Below, in pieces: positions 36,216 to 44,475 of a DNA stretch of 53,070 nt (position 1 is the first letter of the stretch; every line of letters starts with the position of its first letter). The stretch spans positions 1-53,070 of the forward strand of contig DASYVA010000163.1 in assembly GCA_036000645.1 (NCBI GenBank), given 5' to 3'. This DNA comes from Candidatus Methylomirabilis sp. GTDB taxonomy: Bacteria; Methylomirabilota; Methylomirabilia; Methylomirabilales; JACPAU01. A model generated the notes under the pieces. It had not been told where the DNA came from. It did not search any database and worked only from the letters and a program-made list of their open reading frames with translations. Made by a program: the position numbers and the translations under genes.

Positions 36216-37679
36216 ATGAGGACACGCACCCGTCGCAGGATCTGGCCAGCCCTGCTCCGCGCCTTCGCGGTCGCGGCCCTGGTCGCCGCCACCCTCTCTC
36301 TCCCGCGGCCCGGAGCGGCCAAGCCCTCGCTGGAAGCGCTCCAGGCGGTGCAGGAGGCCTTCGTCGAGGTGGCGGAGCGGGTGAAGCCTGCCGTCGTGAA
36401 CATCAACACGACCCAGAAGGCGCGCCCGCCCCGCCGGCCCCAGGTGGACCCCTTCTTCCGCGGCCCCTTCCGGGAATTCTTCGGGGACGACTTCTTCGAG
36501 CGCTTCTTCCGCGAGGGGCCGCGGCGGGATCTGGAGCGGCGCAGCCTCGGGTCGGGCGTCATCATTGATCAGCAGGGCTTTATCCTGACCAACAACCACG
36601 TCATCGAACGGGCCGACGAGATCCAGGTGACGCTCTCCGACAAGCGGACCTTCAAGGCGAAGGTGGTGGGGACCGACCCCAAGACGGATCTGGCGGTCAT
36701 CCGGATCGAGAAGGCGACGGGGCTCACGCCGGCCCGGCTGGGCGACTCGGACCGGATCCGGATCGGAGAGTGGGCGATTGCCATCGGCAACCCCTTCGGG
36801 TTGTCCCAGACGGTCACCGTTGGGGTCATCAGCGCCACGGGCCGGAGCAACGTGGGGATCACCGCCTACGAGGATTTCATCCAGACCGACGCCTCCATCA
36901 ACCCGGGCAACTCGGGCGGGCCGCTCCTGAACGTCCGGGGCGAGGTCCTCGGGATCAATACCGCCATCGTGGCGGCGGGGCAGGGGATCGGGTTCGCCAT
37001 CCCCATCAACATGGCCAAGGGGATCAAGGACATGCTCATCGCCCAGGGCCGGGTGGTCCGGGGGTGGCTGGGGGTGCAGATCCAGAGCCTCACGGAGGAC
37101 CTGGCGGCCCAGTTCGGGGTGAAGCCGGATGAGGGGGTCCTGATCGCCAATGTCCTGAAGGACGGGCCGGCCGAGAAGGGGGGCCTGAAGGCGGGAGACG
37201 TGGTCCTGGAGGTGGACGGGGCGAAGGTGACCGGGGTGTCCCAACTCCAGCGGCTCGTCGCGGCCGTTCCCCCGGGCAAGCAGGTGAACCTCAAGGTCCG
37301 GCGGGAGGGCGGCGACCTGTTCCTGACGCTCGCCGTGGGGGAGATGCCCGCGGAGGAGCCGGTGGCGGCGGCGGTGCCCGACGAGCAGGGGGCTGCCCGG
37401 TACGGGTTCAAGGTGCAGGACCTGACGCCCGAGCTCCGGGAGCAATTCGGCCTCAAGGAGACGGGGGGGGTGGTGGTGTCCGAGCTCGACCCGGAGGGGC
37501 CCGCCGCCCGGACGGGACTGCGGGCCGGAGACGTCATCCTCGAGGTCGGGCGCCAGAGAGTGCGAAACAGTAAGGAGTTCGTGGCGGCGGTGCGCCGCGC
37601 GGGGGAGAAGGGGATCCTCCTCCGGGTGTGGAGGGATGGGGGGAGTCAGTTTGTGGTGATCCACCCGGAGAAGGGGTAA
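36216..37679 (+). CDS. htrA: Do-family periplasmic serine endoprotease (DegP/HtrA) with two PDZ domains
   Basis: GSGVIIDQQGFILTNNHV, DLAVIRI and TDASINPGNSGGPLLN form the catalytic triad context, followed by two PDZ-like GLKAGDV / GLRAGDV segments. AAGGAG SD is present. Confidence 0.9.
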   Translation: MRTRTRRRIWPALLRAFAVAALVAATLSLPRPGAAKPSLEALQAVQEAFVEVAERVKPAVVNINTTQKARPPRRPQVDPFFRGPFREFFGDDFFERFFREGPRRDLERRSLGSGVIIDQQGFILTNNHVIERADEIQVTLSDKRTFKAKVVGTDPKTDLAVIRIEKATGLTPARLGDSDRIRIGEWAIAIGNPFGLSQTVTVGVISATGRSNVGITAYEDFIQTDASINPGNSGGPLLNVRGEVLGINTAIVAAGQGIGFAIPINMAKGIKDMLIAQGRVVRGWLGVQIQSLTEDLAAQFGVKPDEGVLIANVLKDGPAEKGGLKAGDVVLEVDGAKVTGVSQLQRLVAAVPPGKQVNLKVRREGGDLFLTLAVGEMPAEEPVAAAVPDEQGAARYGFKVQDLTPELREQFGLKETGGVVVSELDPEGPAARTGLRAGDVILEVGRQRVRNSKEFVAAVRRAGEKGILLRVWRDGGSQFVVIHPEKG

Positions 37680-37688
37680 GGAGGGGCG

Positions 37689-38546
37689 ATGCCCCGCCGG
37701 TCCGCGCAGTTCTACGACGAGATCACGGACGACGCGCTCGCGGGGTACTTGAAGCGGATCGTCCGGATCTCCCTTCTGCCCAAGGAGCGAGAGCTGGAGC
37801 TGGCGAAGCGGATCCAGGAGGGGGATGAGGAAGCGCTGCGGCAGCTCGTGGAGGCCAACCTCCGCTTCGTCGTCAAGGTGGCCATGCATTACCAGGGCTG
37901 CGGCCTCTCTCTCCTCGACCTGATCAACGAGGGGAACCTGGGCCTCCTGGAGGCTGGACGCCGGTTCCGGCCCGAGTACAACGTGAAGTTCATCACCTAT
38001 GCGGTCTGGTGGATCCGGCAGGCCATCATGCAGGCGCTGGCCCGGGGAAGTGGCGCCATGCGCCTGCCGCTCCGAAAGGCCCGGCTGGCCAGCCAGCTCC
38101 GGGTGGCCCGGGCCGAGCTGGCCCAGCAGATGGGGGCGGAGCCCACGGATCAGGACCTGGCGAACCAGCTCAACCTGAGCCTGGAAGAGGTGGAGGATGT
38201 CCTCCGGATCAGTGCCCGCCAGTCCTCCCTGGACGACGACAAGGGGATGGAGGACCGGCGGGAGGTCGCCGCGCTCGGCGGAGAGGCGATCCCCGCGGCG
38301 GACTTCGACCTCATCCGCAAGTCCTTCCGGGAGGAGGTGGACCGGCTCCTCCGGGAGCTGAAGCCGCGGGAGCGGCAGGTCATCGAGCTTCGCTTCGGCA
38401 TAGAGAGCGACGAGCCCATGACCCTGGAGGCGGTGGGGAAGCGGCTGCGCCTCTCCCGGGAGCGGGTCCGCCAGATCGAGGAGAAGGCGAAGCGGAAGCT
38501 CCGCCTCATCGCCAGATCCCGCCAGCTTCAGGATTACCTCAACTGA
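37689..38546 (+). CDS. RNA polymerase sigma factor, sigma-70 family, compact RpoD/RpoS-like (regions 1.2-4.2)
   Basis: YLKRIVRISLLPKERELELAKRI, EANLRFVVKVAMHY, LLDLINEGNLGLLEA, FITYAVWWIRQAI and LEAVGKRLRLSRERVRQIE. AAGGAGGGG SD lies 9 nt after the htrA stop. Confidence 0.85.
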   Translation: MPRRSAQFYDEITDDALAGYLKRIVRISLLPKERELELAKRIQEGDEEALRQLVEANLRFVVKVAMHYQGCGLSLLDLINEGNLGLLEAGRRFRPEYNVKFITYAVWWIRQAIMQALARGSGAMRLPLRKARLASQLRVARAELAQQMGAEPTDQDLANQLNLSLEEVEDVLRISARQSSLDDDKGMEDRREVAALGGEAIPAADFDLIRKSFREEVDRLLRELKPRERQVIELRFGIESDEPMTLEAVGKRLRLSRERVRQIEEKAKRKLRLIARSRQLQDYLN

Positions 38547-38559
38547 TCCCCCGCGAGCC

Positions 38560-38589
38560 TTGACCTCCCTTTTTCCGTTCTGATAGCAT
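38560..38589 (+). promoter_or_regulatory. promoter candidate TTGACC-N18-TAGCAT with TGn extension, 9 nt before the acyl-CoA synthetase ATG
   Basis: Read directly. No SD is present. Confidence 0.45.
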
Positions 38590-38598
38590 CCGCCCGCC

Positions 38599-40110
38599 AT
38601 GACCCTTCCTGAGCTGCTGCGCAAGAGCGCCGCCGCCTACCCGGAGAAGCCCGCCCTCCTCGCCGGCCCCCGGGTCCTCACGTACCGGGCGCTCCAGGCG
38701 GAGGTGCTGGGCCTTTCCGCGATCCTGCGGGGGCTCGGCCTTGGCCTCGGGGAGCGTGTGGTCATGATGCTCCCGAACGCCCCCGAGTTCGTCGCGGCCT
38801 ACTTCGCCATCCAGGAGGCCGGCGGGACGGTGGTGCCCGTGAATACCCTCTTCAAGCCGGCCGAGGTGCGGCACATCCTCCAGGACTCCGGGGCGCCCCT
38901 CGCGGTCACGCTCCGGAGCTTCTATCCCACGGTGCGGGAGGCGGCCGGCGGGGGGCCGGAGCGGCCCCGGGTGCTCGTCCTGGATGGGGACGAAGGGGGG
39001 GTGGCGCCGCCGGATGTGACGCTGGGGGCGGGGATGCGGGCGGCCCGGCACGCGCCGGCCGAGGCGCCGGCCGCCGAGGTGGCCGCCTGCCTCTATACCT
39101 CCGGGACGACCGGGCGCCCCAAGGGGGCCCTCCTGAGTCACGCCAACATCCTGGCCAACATCGACTCCTTTGGTCAGGTCATCCGCTGCGGCCCGGAGGA
39201 TGTCTTCTGCTGTGTGCTCCCCATGTTCCACTCCTTCGCCGCCACGGTCATGACCCTCTTTCCCCTCTCGGTCGGCGCGACGGTCGTGGTGGAGCCCCGG
39301 TTCGCCCCGGAGGCCCTCCTCCGGACGCTGAGCGAGCGTCGCTGCACCGTCTTCGCCGGGGTCCCGGCCATGTACTCCCTCCTGGCCAGCCTCCCCGAGA
39401 GCGCCGTGGACCTGTCCGCGCTCCGGGTGTGCGTCTCGGGCGGGGCGCCGCTCCCTGTGGAGGTTCTTCACCGCTTCGAGGCGCGCTACGGCATCCCCCT
39501 CACCGAGGGCTACGGCCCCACGGAGTGCTCCCCGGCCCTGACGGTCAACCCGCCTTCCGGGAAGCGGAAGGTGGGATCGGTGGGTCTGCCGCTGCCGGGG
39601 GTCCAGATCCGGATCGTGGACGAGGCCGGGCAGCCGGTGGCGACGGGGAGGGTGGGGGAGATCGCGGCCAAGGGGCCCAACGTGATGCTGGGCTACCTCA
39701 ACCAGCCCGAGGAGACGGCGGCGGTCCTGCGGGACGGCTGGTTCTACACCGGCGACCTCGGGCGGCTCGACGAGGAGGGCTACCTCACCATCGTGGACCG
39801 GAAGAAGGACATGCTGATCGTCGGTGGCCTGAACGTGTACCCGCGGGAGGTGGAGGTGGTCCTGGAGGGCCACCCCGCGGTGGCCGAGGCGGCCATCGTC
39901 GGCCTCCCCGACCGCGTGAAGGGAGAGGAGCCGGCCGCCTTCGTCGTGCTGCGCCCGGGGCAGGCGGCCAGCGGCCAGGACCTCCTCCGCTACCTCCGCG
40001 AGCGCCTCGCCCTCTTCAAGCTCCCGAAGCGGATCGTCTTCCTGGATGCGCTCCCCCGCAACGCCACCGGGAAAGTCCTCAAGCACGTGCTGAAGGGGCA
40101 GGCCGGCTGA
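38599..40110 (+). CDS. long-chain-fatty-acid--CoA ligase (AMP-binding enzyme family)
   Basis: LYTSGTTGRPKGA, TEGYGPTE, YTGDLGRLDEEGYLTIVDRKKD, and C-terminal NATGKVLK. Confidence 0.85.
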   Translation: MTLPELLRKSAAAYPEKPALLAGPRVLTYRALQAEVLGLSAILRGLGLGLGERVVMMLPNAPEFVAAYFAIQEAGGTVVPVNTLFKPAEVRHILQDSGAPLAVTLRSFYPTVREAAGGGPERPRVLVLDGDEGGVAPPDVTLGAGMRAARHAPAEAPAAEVAACLYTSGTTGRPKGALLSHANILANIDSFGQVIRCGPEDVFCCVLPMFHSFAATVMTLFPLSVGATVVVEPRFAPEALLRTLSERRCTVFAGVPAMYSLLASLPESAVDLSALRVCVSGGAPLPVEVLHRFEARYGIPLTEGYGPTECSPALTVNPPSGKRKVGSVGLPLPGVQIRIVDEAGQPVATGRVGEIAAKGPNVMLGYLNQPEETAAVLRDGWFYTGDLGRLDEEGYLTIVDRKKDMLIVGGLNVYPREVEVVLEGHPAVAEAAIVGLPDRVKGEEPAAFVVLRPGQAASGQDLLRYLRERLALFKLPKRIVFLDALPRNATGKVLKHVLKGQAG

Positions 40111-40149
40111 GCCTGGCGCGGCCTTCTGGGGGGAAGTGGGGAGGGAGGG

Positions 40150-41616
40150 CTATTTGCGGCGGCGCGCCGGGCGCTCCGGCGCGGGCTCGGCCAGCTCGGT
40201 CGCGATGTACACCGTGTTGCGCCGGTGCCCCTTGGCCCGATACATGGCCTGGTCGGCGAAGCGGATCAGCTCCTCCTTCGTCCGGGCGTGGTCCGGATAG
40301 GCGGCCACGCCGAAGGAGGCGGTGAGGCGGAGGGCGAGGCCCTCCGGCGCCAGGAACTCGGTCTTCGCGAGCGTGGTCCGGAGCCGCTCGCCCAGGCGGG
40401 CGGCGGTGGCCGCGTCGGTGTCGGGGAGGACCACGATGAACTCGTCCCCCCCGTAGCGGGCGATGAGGTCCACGGTGCGGATCGAGGTCTTGAGGACCTG
40501 GGCCACCTCCCGGAGGACCTGGCTCCCCTGCTGGTGCCCGTGGGTGTCGTTGACGGCCTTGAAGTAGTCCAGGTCGATGAAGAGGACGGACAGGGGCCGC
40601 TGGTATCGCCGGGCCCGGTTCAACTCCCGCTCCAGGATGTGGTGGAAGTACCGGGAGTTGTGGATGCCGGTGACGTCGTCGGTGACCGCAAGCTCCTCCG
40701 CCCGCTGGTAGAGGCGGGCGTTCTCGATGGCGATGGCCGCGTAGTCGGCCAGGATGCGCACCACCTGCAGGTCCCGGCTGTCGAAGACCGCGCCGCCCAC
40801 CTTGTTCAGGAGCTCGATCACCCCCAGGACCTTCCCCTTGCTCTTCAGCGGGACGCAGAGGACGGTCCGGGTGGTGAAGCCGGTGGCACCGTCCACGTGC
40901 GCCGCGAAGCGGGCGTCGGCCGCCACGTCCTCCACGATGCAGGCCTCCCCCTCCCCTGCCACCCAGCCGGCGATCCCCTCCCCGGGCTTCAGGCGGAACT
41001 GCTTCACCACCGGCCCCTGCTCCCCGGTGGCGACCTCGAAGCGCAGCTCCTGGCGCCGCTCGTCCATGAGGAGGAGCGACCAGGCTTCGCACTGGACGAA
41101 GTGGCTCATGGTGTCCGCGATGCTGTTCAGGATCTCGGAGAGCTTCAGGGTGGAGGTGAGGGCCTTCCCGACCTCGTGGAAGGCCTCGAGCGGAATCAGG
41201 GGGCCGGCCGCCTCGGGCGGGCGGGGCGGCCGACGGGGCTCCGGCTCCTCCTCGAGGGCGCGCCTGAGCGCGCTGACCAGCGCGTCCGGGTCGGGCGGCA
41301 GGGGCAGGCCGAGGGGTTGGTGGCGGGGGTCGGGGGAGAACTGCGGGTCCACCACGCCGCCGGGGCAGAGGAGGACCACGGGGAGGTGGGGCTCGAGGCC
41401 GAGGGCGCTGGCCACCAGCCGGCGAACCAGGGGGTCGGCGGCGCGATCGCAGGCGAGGATGGCGGCGGCGCCTTCGACCTGCAGCCGGTGCAGCGCCTGG
41501 GGGGACCGGCCGACCGGGACGGCCTGGAACCCCTCGGCCGTGAGCCGCGCCTGGACGGCGGCCGGCAGAAGTCCCTCGGGATCGATGGTGAGAATGCGTC
41601 TGCCTGCCGCGGCCAC
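40150..41616 (-). CDS. diguanylate cyclase: receiver-like N-domain, GAF, then GGDEF (with RxxD I-site)
   Basis: GTG 41616 preceded by TAAGGAGGGG. The GAF region is LNSIADTMSHFVQCEAWSLLLMD...GIAGWV. RTVDLIARYGGDEF carries both the active site and the I-site. This is the in-frame 3' part of track ORF 40150..42498. Confidence 0.85.
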   Translation of the reverse strand: MAAAGRRILTIDPEGLLPAAVQARLTAEGFQAVPVGRSPQALHRLQVEGAAAILACDRAADPLVRRLVASALGLEPHLPVVLLCPGGVVDPQFSPDPRHQPLGLPLPPDPDALVSALRRALEEEPEPRRPPRPPEAAGPLIPLEAFHEVGKALTSTLKLSEILNSIADTMSHFVQCEAWSLLLMDERRQELRFEVATGEQGPVVKQFRLKPGEGIAGWVAGEGEACIVEDVAADARFAAHVDGATGFTTRTVLCVPLKSKGKVLGVIELLNKVGGAVFDSRDLQVVRILADYAAIAIENARLYQRAEELAVTDDVTGIHNSRYFHHILERELNRARRYQRPLSVLFIDLDYFKAVNDTHGHQQGSQVLREVAQVLKTSIRTVDLIARYGGDEFIVVLPDTDAATAARLGERLRTTLAKTEFLAPEGLALRLTASFGVAAYPDHARTKEELIRFADQAMYRAKGHRRNTVYIATELAEPAPERPARRRK

Positions 41617-41650
41617 CCTGCCCCTCCTTATCCCGGGAAAAGTCCGCGGG

Positions 41651-41660
41651 ATTTTAGCAC
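41651..41660 (-). promoter_or_regulatory. extended -10 element TGcTAAAAT (GGDEF gene)
   Basis: The reverse complement of attttagcac is gtgctaaaat. The -35 is weak. The leader carries TAAGGAGGGG. Confidence 0.35.
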
Positions 41661-41692
41661 GCGCGCCAGGACGCTGCCAGCGCGAATTTCCC

Positions 41693-41721
41693 TTGCCGGG
41701 GCCTACCCCCTCTGCTAGCGT
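41693..41721 (+). promoter_or_regulatory. promoter candidate TTGCCG-N17-TAGCGT with TGn extension, 12 nt before the rhomboid ATG
   Basis: Read directly. No SD is present. Confidence 0.4.
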
Positions 41722-41733
41722 CGGCACCGCGCC

Positions 41734-42429
41734 ATGATCCCCCTCCGCGACAACCTGCCGGTTCGCCGCTTCCCGGTCATCACCGTCGCCCTCATCGCCG
41801 CCAATGTGGCCGTCTTCCTTCTCCTCTACCGGTACCTGCTGGCTCCCGAGTCCGCCCGGATGGTGTTCCTGCGCTACGGGCTGATCCCGCGGGAGCTCAC
41901 CTCCGGCGTGACCCTGGCCCCCCACCCGTTCCCGGTGGGGGTCACCCTCTTCAGCTCGATGTTCGTTCACGGCGGCCTCTTCCACGTGGCCGGGAACATG
42001 CTCTACCTGTGGATCTTCGGGAACAACGTGGAAGACGCCATGGGGCGGGCGCGGTTCCTGCTCTTCTACCTGCTGAGTGGCCTGGGGGCCGCCTTCAGCC
42101 AGGTGCTGGCCGGGCCGAGCTCGACCATCCCCATGGTGGGGGCGAGCGGCGCGGTCTCGGGCGTCCTGGGGGCGTACCTCCTCCTGTACCCGCACGCGCG
42201 GGTCCTCACCCTCATCACCCTGGGCTGGTTCTGGCGCGTCGTCGAGATCCCCGCCGTGATCGTCCTGGGATTCTGGATCGTGGTGCAGGTCGTGAACGGC
42301 CTCCTCGCCTTCAGCTTCCAGGGGGGCGGCGTGGCCTGGTTCGCCCACATCGGCGGCTTCGCCGCGGGCATGGTGCTCCTCCCGTTCTTCAAACGCCGGA
42401 CGGTCTCCGTCCGGCTCTTCCGGCGGTAA
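41734..42429 (+). CDS. rhomboid-family intramembrane serine protease
   Basis: FVHGGLFHVAGNMLYLWIFG, GASGAVSGVLGAY and AHIGGFAAG motifs. Confidence 0.85.
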   Translation: MIPLRDNLPVRRFPVITVALIAANVAVFLLLYRYLLAPESARMVFLRYGLIPRELTSGVTLAPHPFPVGVTLFSSMFVHGGLFHVAGNMLYLWIFGNNVEDAMGRARFLLFYLLSGLGAAFSQVLAGPSSTIPMVGASGAVSGVLGAYLLLYPHARVLTLITLGWFWRVVEIPAVIVLGFWIVVQVVNGLLAFSFQGGGVAWFAHIGGFAAGMVLLPFFKRRTVSVRLFRR

Positions 42430-42433
42430 GCGC

Positions 42434-43030
42434 GTGGGAGATCCCTGCCAGGTGGAGGTGCGGCGCCACGCGCCCCGCGGGCCCGACGGGCTGCTCACCC
42501 CCGCAGGGTGGGCGCTGGCCTCCCGGGTCGGTCAGACGCTCCACCGCCCCTACGCCGCGGTCCTGACGGGGACGGCGTCCCGCTGCATCCAGACGGCTCG
42601 GGCCTTCGGGTTTTCCAACTTCCGGATCGATCCCGCCTTCGACTCGCCCCCGGCCGAGGCCCTGGGGGCGCTCCTCCCGCAGATCCGCCGCGCAGCCCAG
42701 GACCGCGTGCTCACGCTCCTGGAAGCGTTCCTGCGCGTCCCGGCCACGCGCGATCTGCTGTTCGAGGCTGGCGAGCGGCTGCTCGGGGCCCTCCGCCACG
42801 TCGCCGACCGGCTGCCCGCGGGAGGCCGGGCGCTGGCCATCACGCACACGGGCTCCATCGAGCCGGCGATCCTGCTCGCCGCGGGGGCGTACGGGGGAGG
42901 TCCTGTCGAGTTCCTGCGGGAGTGCGAGGGCGCCGCCTTCGCCATTGATCGGACCGAGGTGGTCGGCGTGACCCCCCTGTCCCTCCCGCCGGACGTCTTG
43001 TCTCACCGTCCGTCTGGACCCGCCGCCTAA
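42434..43030 (+). CDS. histidine phosphatase superfamily protein (phosphoglycerate mutase-like)
   Basis: VRRHAPRG (RHG-like) near the N-terminus and ITHTGSIE as the second His motif. GTG start 4 nt after the rhomboid stop. Confidence 0.55.
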   Translation: MGDPCQVEVRRHAPRGPDGLLTPAGWALASRVGQTLHRPYAAVLTGTASRCIQTARAFGFSNFRIDPAFDSPPAEALGALLPQIRRAAQDRVLTLLEAFLRVPATRDLLFEAGERLLGALRHVADRLPAGGRALAITHTGSIEPAILLAAGAYGGGPVEFLRECEGAAFAIDRTEVVGVTPLSLPPDVLSHRPSGPAA

Positions 43031-43245
43031 CGACGTCATCGCCTGTCGGTTCTGCCCCGGCTCTCTCCTGGCCCACCTGGAAGCTGCCGCACGTTCCCTC
43101 GACAATGCCTCCAGCAACTCTGCCAACTGCCGGCCAGGCGGACCCGAAGCCTTCTCTGGAGCTGTACAAAGCCCGGCCTTGCTCCCGGTCCGGCCTCTGG
43201 AACGGAGCGGATTTCCCAAGGAGAACCAGGGATTAAAAAAAGGTG

Positions 43246-43275
43246 TTGACAAAGAAATAACGATTGATGTATTTG
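43246..43275 (+). promoter_or_regulatory. promoter candidate TTGACA-N18-TATTTG in an AT-rich island (wHTH-NTase/HEPN pair)
   Basis: gattaaaaaaaggtgTTGACAaagaaataacgattgatgTATTTG is the only strongly AT-rich stretch in the window. Confidence 0.4.
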
Positions 43276-43287
43276 CCTCAACAGAAG

Positions 43288-43303
43288 GTATGAGGGTATG
43301 AGG
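43288..43303 (+). repeat. tandem direct repeat GTATGAGG x2 immediately upstream of ATG 43306
   Basis: Read directly. It contains the GAGGG SD candidates and two out-of-frame ATGs. Confidence 0.6.
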
Positions 43304-43305
43304 GA

Positions 43306-43875
43306 ATGCTCCAGCGGCTGTTTTCCTCCCAAACGCGCGTGGACCTCCTGGTGCGCCTGCTCGGCCGACCGGAGGAGCGATTTTACGTCCGGGAGTTGGC
43401 GCGCCAGCTCCGGCGGGACATCTCGGGGATCAAGCGGGAGTTGGACAACTTGGAAAAGGCGGGGATCCTGCAGAGCCTGAAGGTGGGGAACCTGCGGTAC
43501 TACAGTGCGAACCTCCGGTCGCCGGTGTACCCCGAGCTGAAGGCGATCATCGACAAGACCCGCGGTGTCCCCGGGACGATTGCCGCCGCCCTCCGGAAGG
43601 TGGAAGGGGTGGTGGCGGCGTTTCTGTACGGCGCGAAGGCCGATGCGTTGGCGACGGATGCGGGGGCCCTGGATCTGATCGTCGTGGGCTCCGCGGACAT
43701 GGCCGGCCTGAACCAGACGGTGGCGGATCTGGAACAGCGGCTGGGGCGGGAGATCAACCTCCTGGTGTTCGACCGGGCCGAGTTCGTCCGGCGGAGGGAG
43801 GAAGGGGATCCGTTCCTGACCGAGGTCCTTCAGGGGGATCGGGTAGTGGTGGTCGGCTCGGATGATGCGCTATGA
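43306..43875 (+). CDS. winged-helix (ArsR-like) plus minimal nucleotidyltransferase-fold protein (MNT-antitoxin-like)
   Basis: N-terminal RVDLLVRLLGRPEERFYVRELARQL...IKRELDNLEKAGIL is wHTH-like. AAFLYGAKAD..ALDLIVVGS resembles the NTase G[SA]..D.D strand but appears degenerate. Confidence 0.6.
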   Translation: MLQRLFSSQTRVDLLVRLLGRPEERFYVRELARQLRRDISGIKRELDNLEKAGILQSLKVGNLRYYSANLRSPVYPELKAIIDKTRGVPGTIAAALRKVEGVVAAFLYGAKADALATDAGALDLIVVGSADMAGLNQTVADLEQRLGREINLLVFDRAEFVRRREEGDPFLTEVLQGDRVVVVGSDDAL

Positions 43876-44314
43876 CGAGTTGCGGGCAAAGGGCCTTCTG
43901 GATGACGCGGGGGCGAGCGGGAAGCAGGTGGCCTCCCTCGCCAGGCGCGCCGCCAAGGACCTGCAGACCGCAAAGGCGACGCTGCTCGTGGACCGAGAGT
44001 GGGCCTACACGATGGCGGCCCAGGGGATGGTCCGGGCAGCCCGCGCCCTGGTGCTGGCGGAGGGGCTGCGCCCCAAGGGGCGGGAACAGGTGAAGACGGT
44101 CCTGCAGGTGGTCAGCAGCCTGCTGCCGCCCGACTTCCTCCCCCTCCTGAACCAGCTGGAGCGGATGCGGCGCAAGAGTCAGCAGTTCCTCGACGCCGCA
44201 GACCGCCCGATCTCGACCTACGAGGGCGAGGGGGCCCTCAAGGCCGCGGAAGAGTTCGTGCAGCGCGTCCTGCAGCGCATCCAGGAGAAGAACCCACAGC
44301 GGAGCCTGCTGTAG
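43862..44314 (+). CDS. HEPN-like all-helical protein (candidate partner of the NTase-fold protein)
   Basis: 14-nt overlap with the upstream gene. Helical pattern AKDLQTAKATL...EWAYTMAAQGMVRAARALVLAEG...LERMRRKSQQF...ALKAAEEFVQRVL. I saw no clear Rx4-6H motif. Confidence 0.45.
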   Translation: MMRYDELRAKGLLDDAGASGKQVASLARRAAKDLQTAKATLLVDREWAYTMAAQGMVRAARALVLAEGLRPKGREQVKTVLQVVSSLLPPDFLPLLNQLERMRRKSQQFLDAADRPISTYEGEGALKAAEEFVQRVLQRIQEKNPQRSLL

Positions 44315-44385
44315 GCCCTGCCCTCGCCCGGGCGCGCACGCCCGATGGCGGGGGGATCCTGGACCGGAAAGGGGGTGAGCACCTG

Positions 44386-44427
44386 ATGGCGAAGAAGAAG
44401 GCAAAGAAGGCCAAGAAGAAGAAGTAG
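44386..44427 (+). CDS. 13-codon Lys-rich mini-ORF (MAKKKAKKAKKKK)
   Basis: ATG is 7 nt downstream of AAGGGGGTGA, a 9/10 match to the extended SD AAGGAGGTGA. TAG stop. A paralogous copy lies 90 nt downstream. Confidence 0.4.
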   Translation: MAKKKAKKAKKKK

Positions 44428-44475
44428 GTGGCGTAGGCGACATCCACCCGCAACCGAAGGGGGGTGAAAGCCCTA

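Noticed and set aside
35901-38624. 907-aa minus-strand ORF antisense to htrA and the sigma factor gene
   Set aside because: Same reasoning. The plus-strand genes have unmistakable catalytic and sigma motifs, and the antisense product is low complexity.
42389-43332. Minus-strand ORFs (287 aa and 98 aa) covering the histidine-phosphatase gene and the AT-rich spacer
   Set aside because: They are antisense to a plausible plus-strand gene and low complexity. I saw no SD or promoter. A short helical-looking stretch (QLAELLEALSRERAAAS) is not enough to call a gene remnant.
44325-44334. 10-nt perfect palindrome CGCCCGGGCG after the HEPN-like gene, a possible terminator
   Set aside because: It has no loop and no T-tract. 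Such GC palindromes are expected by chance in this composition.
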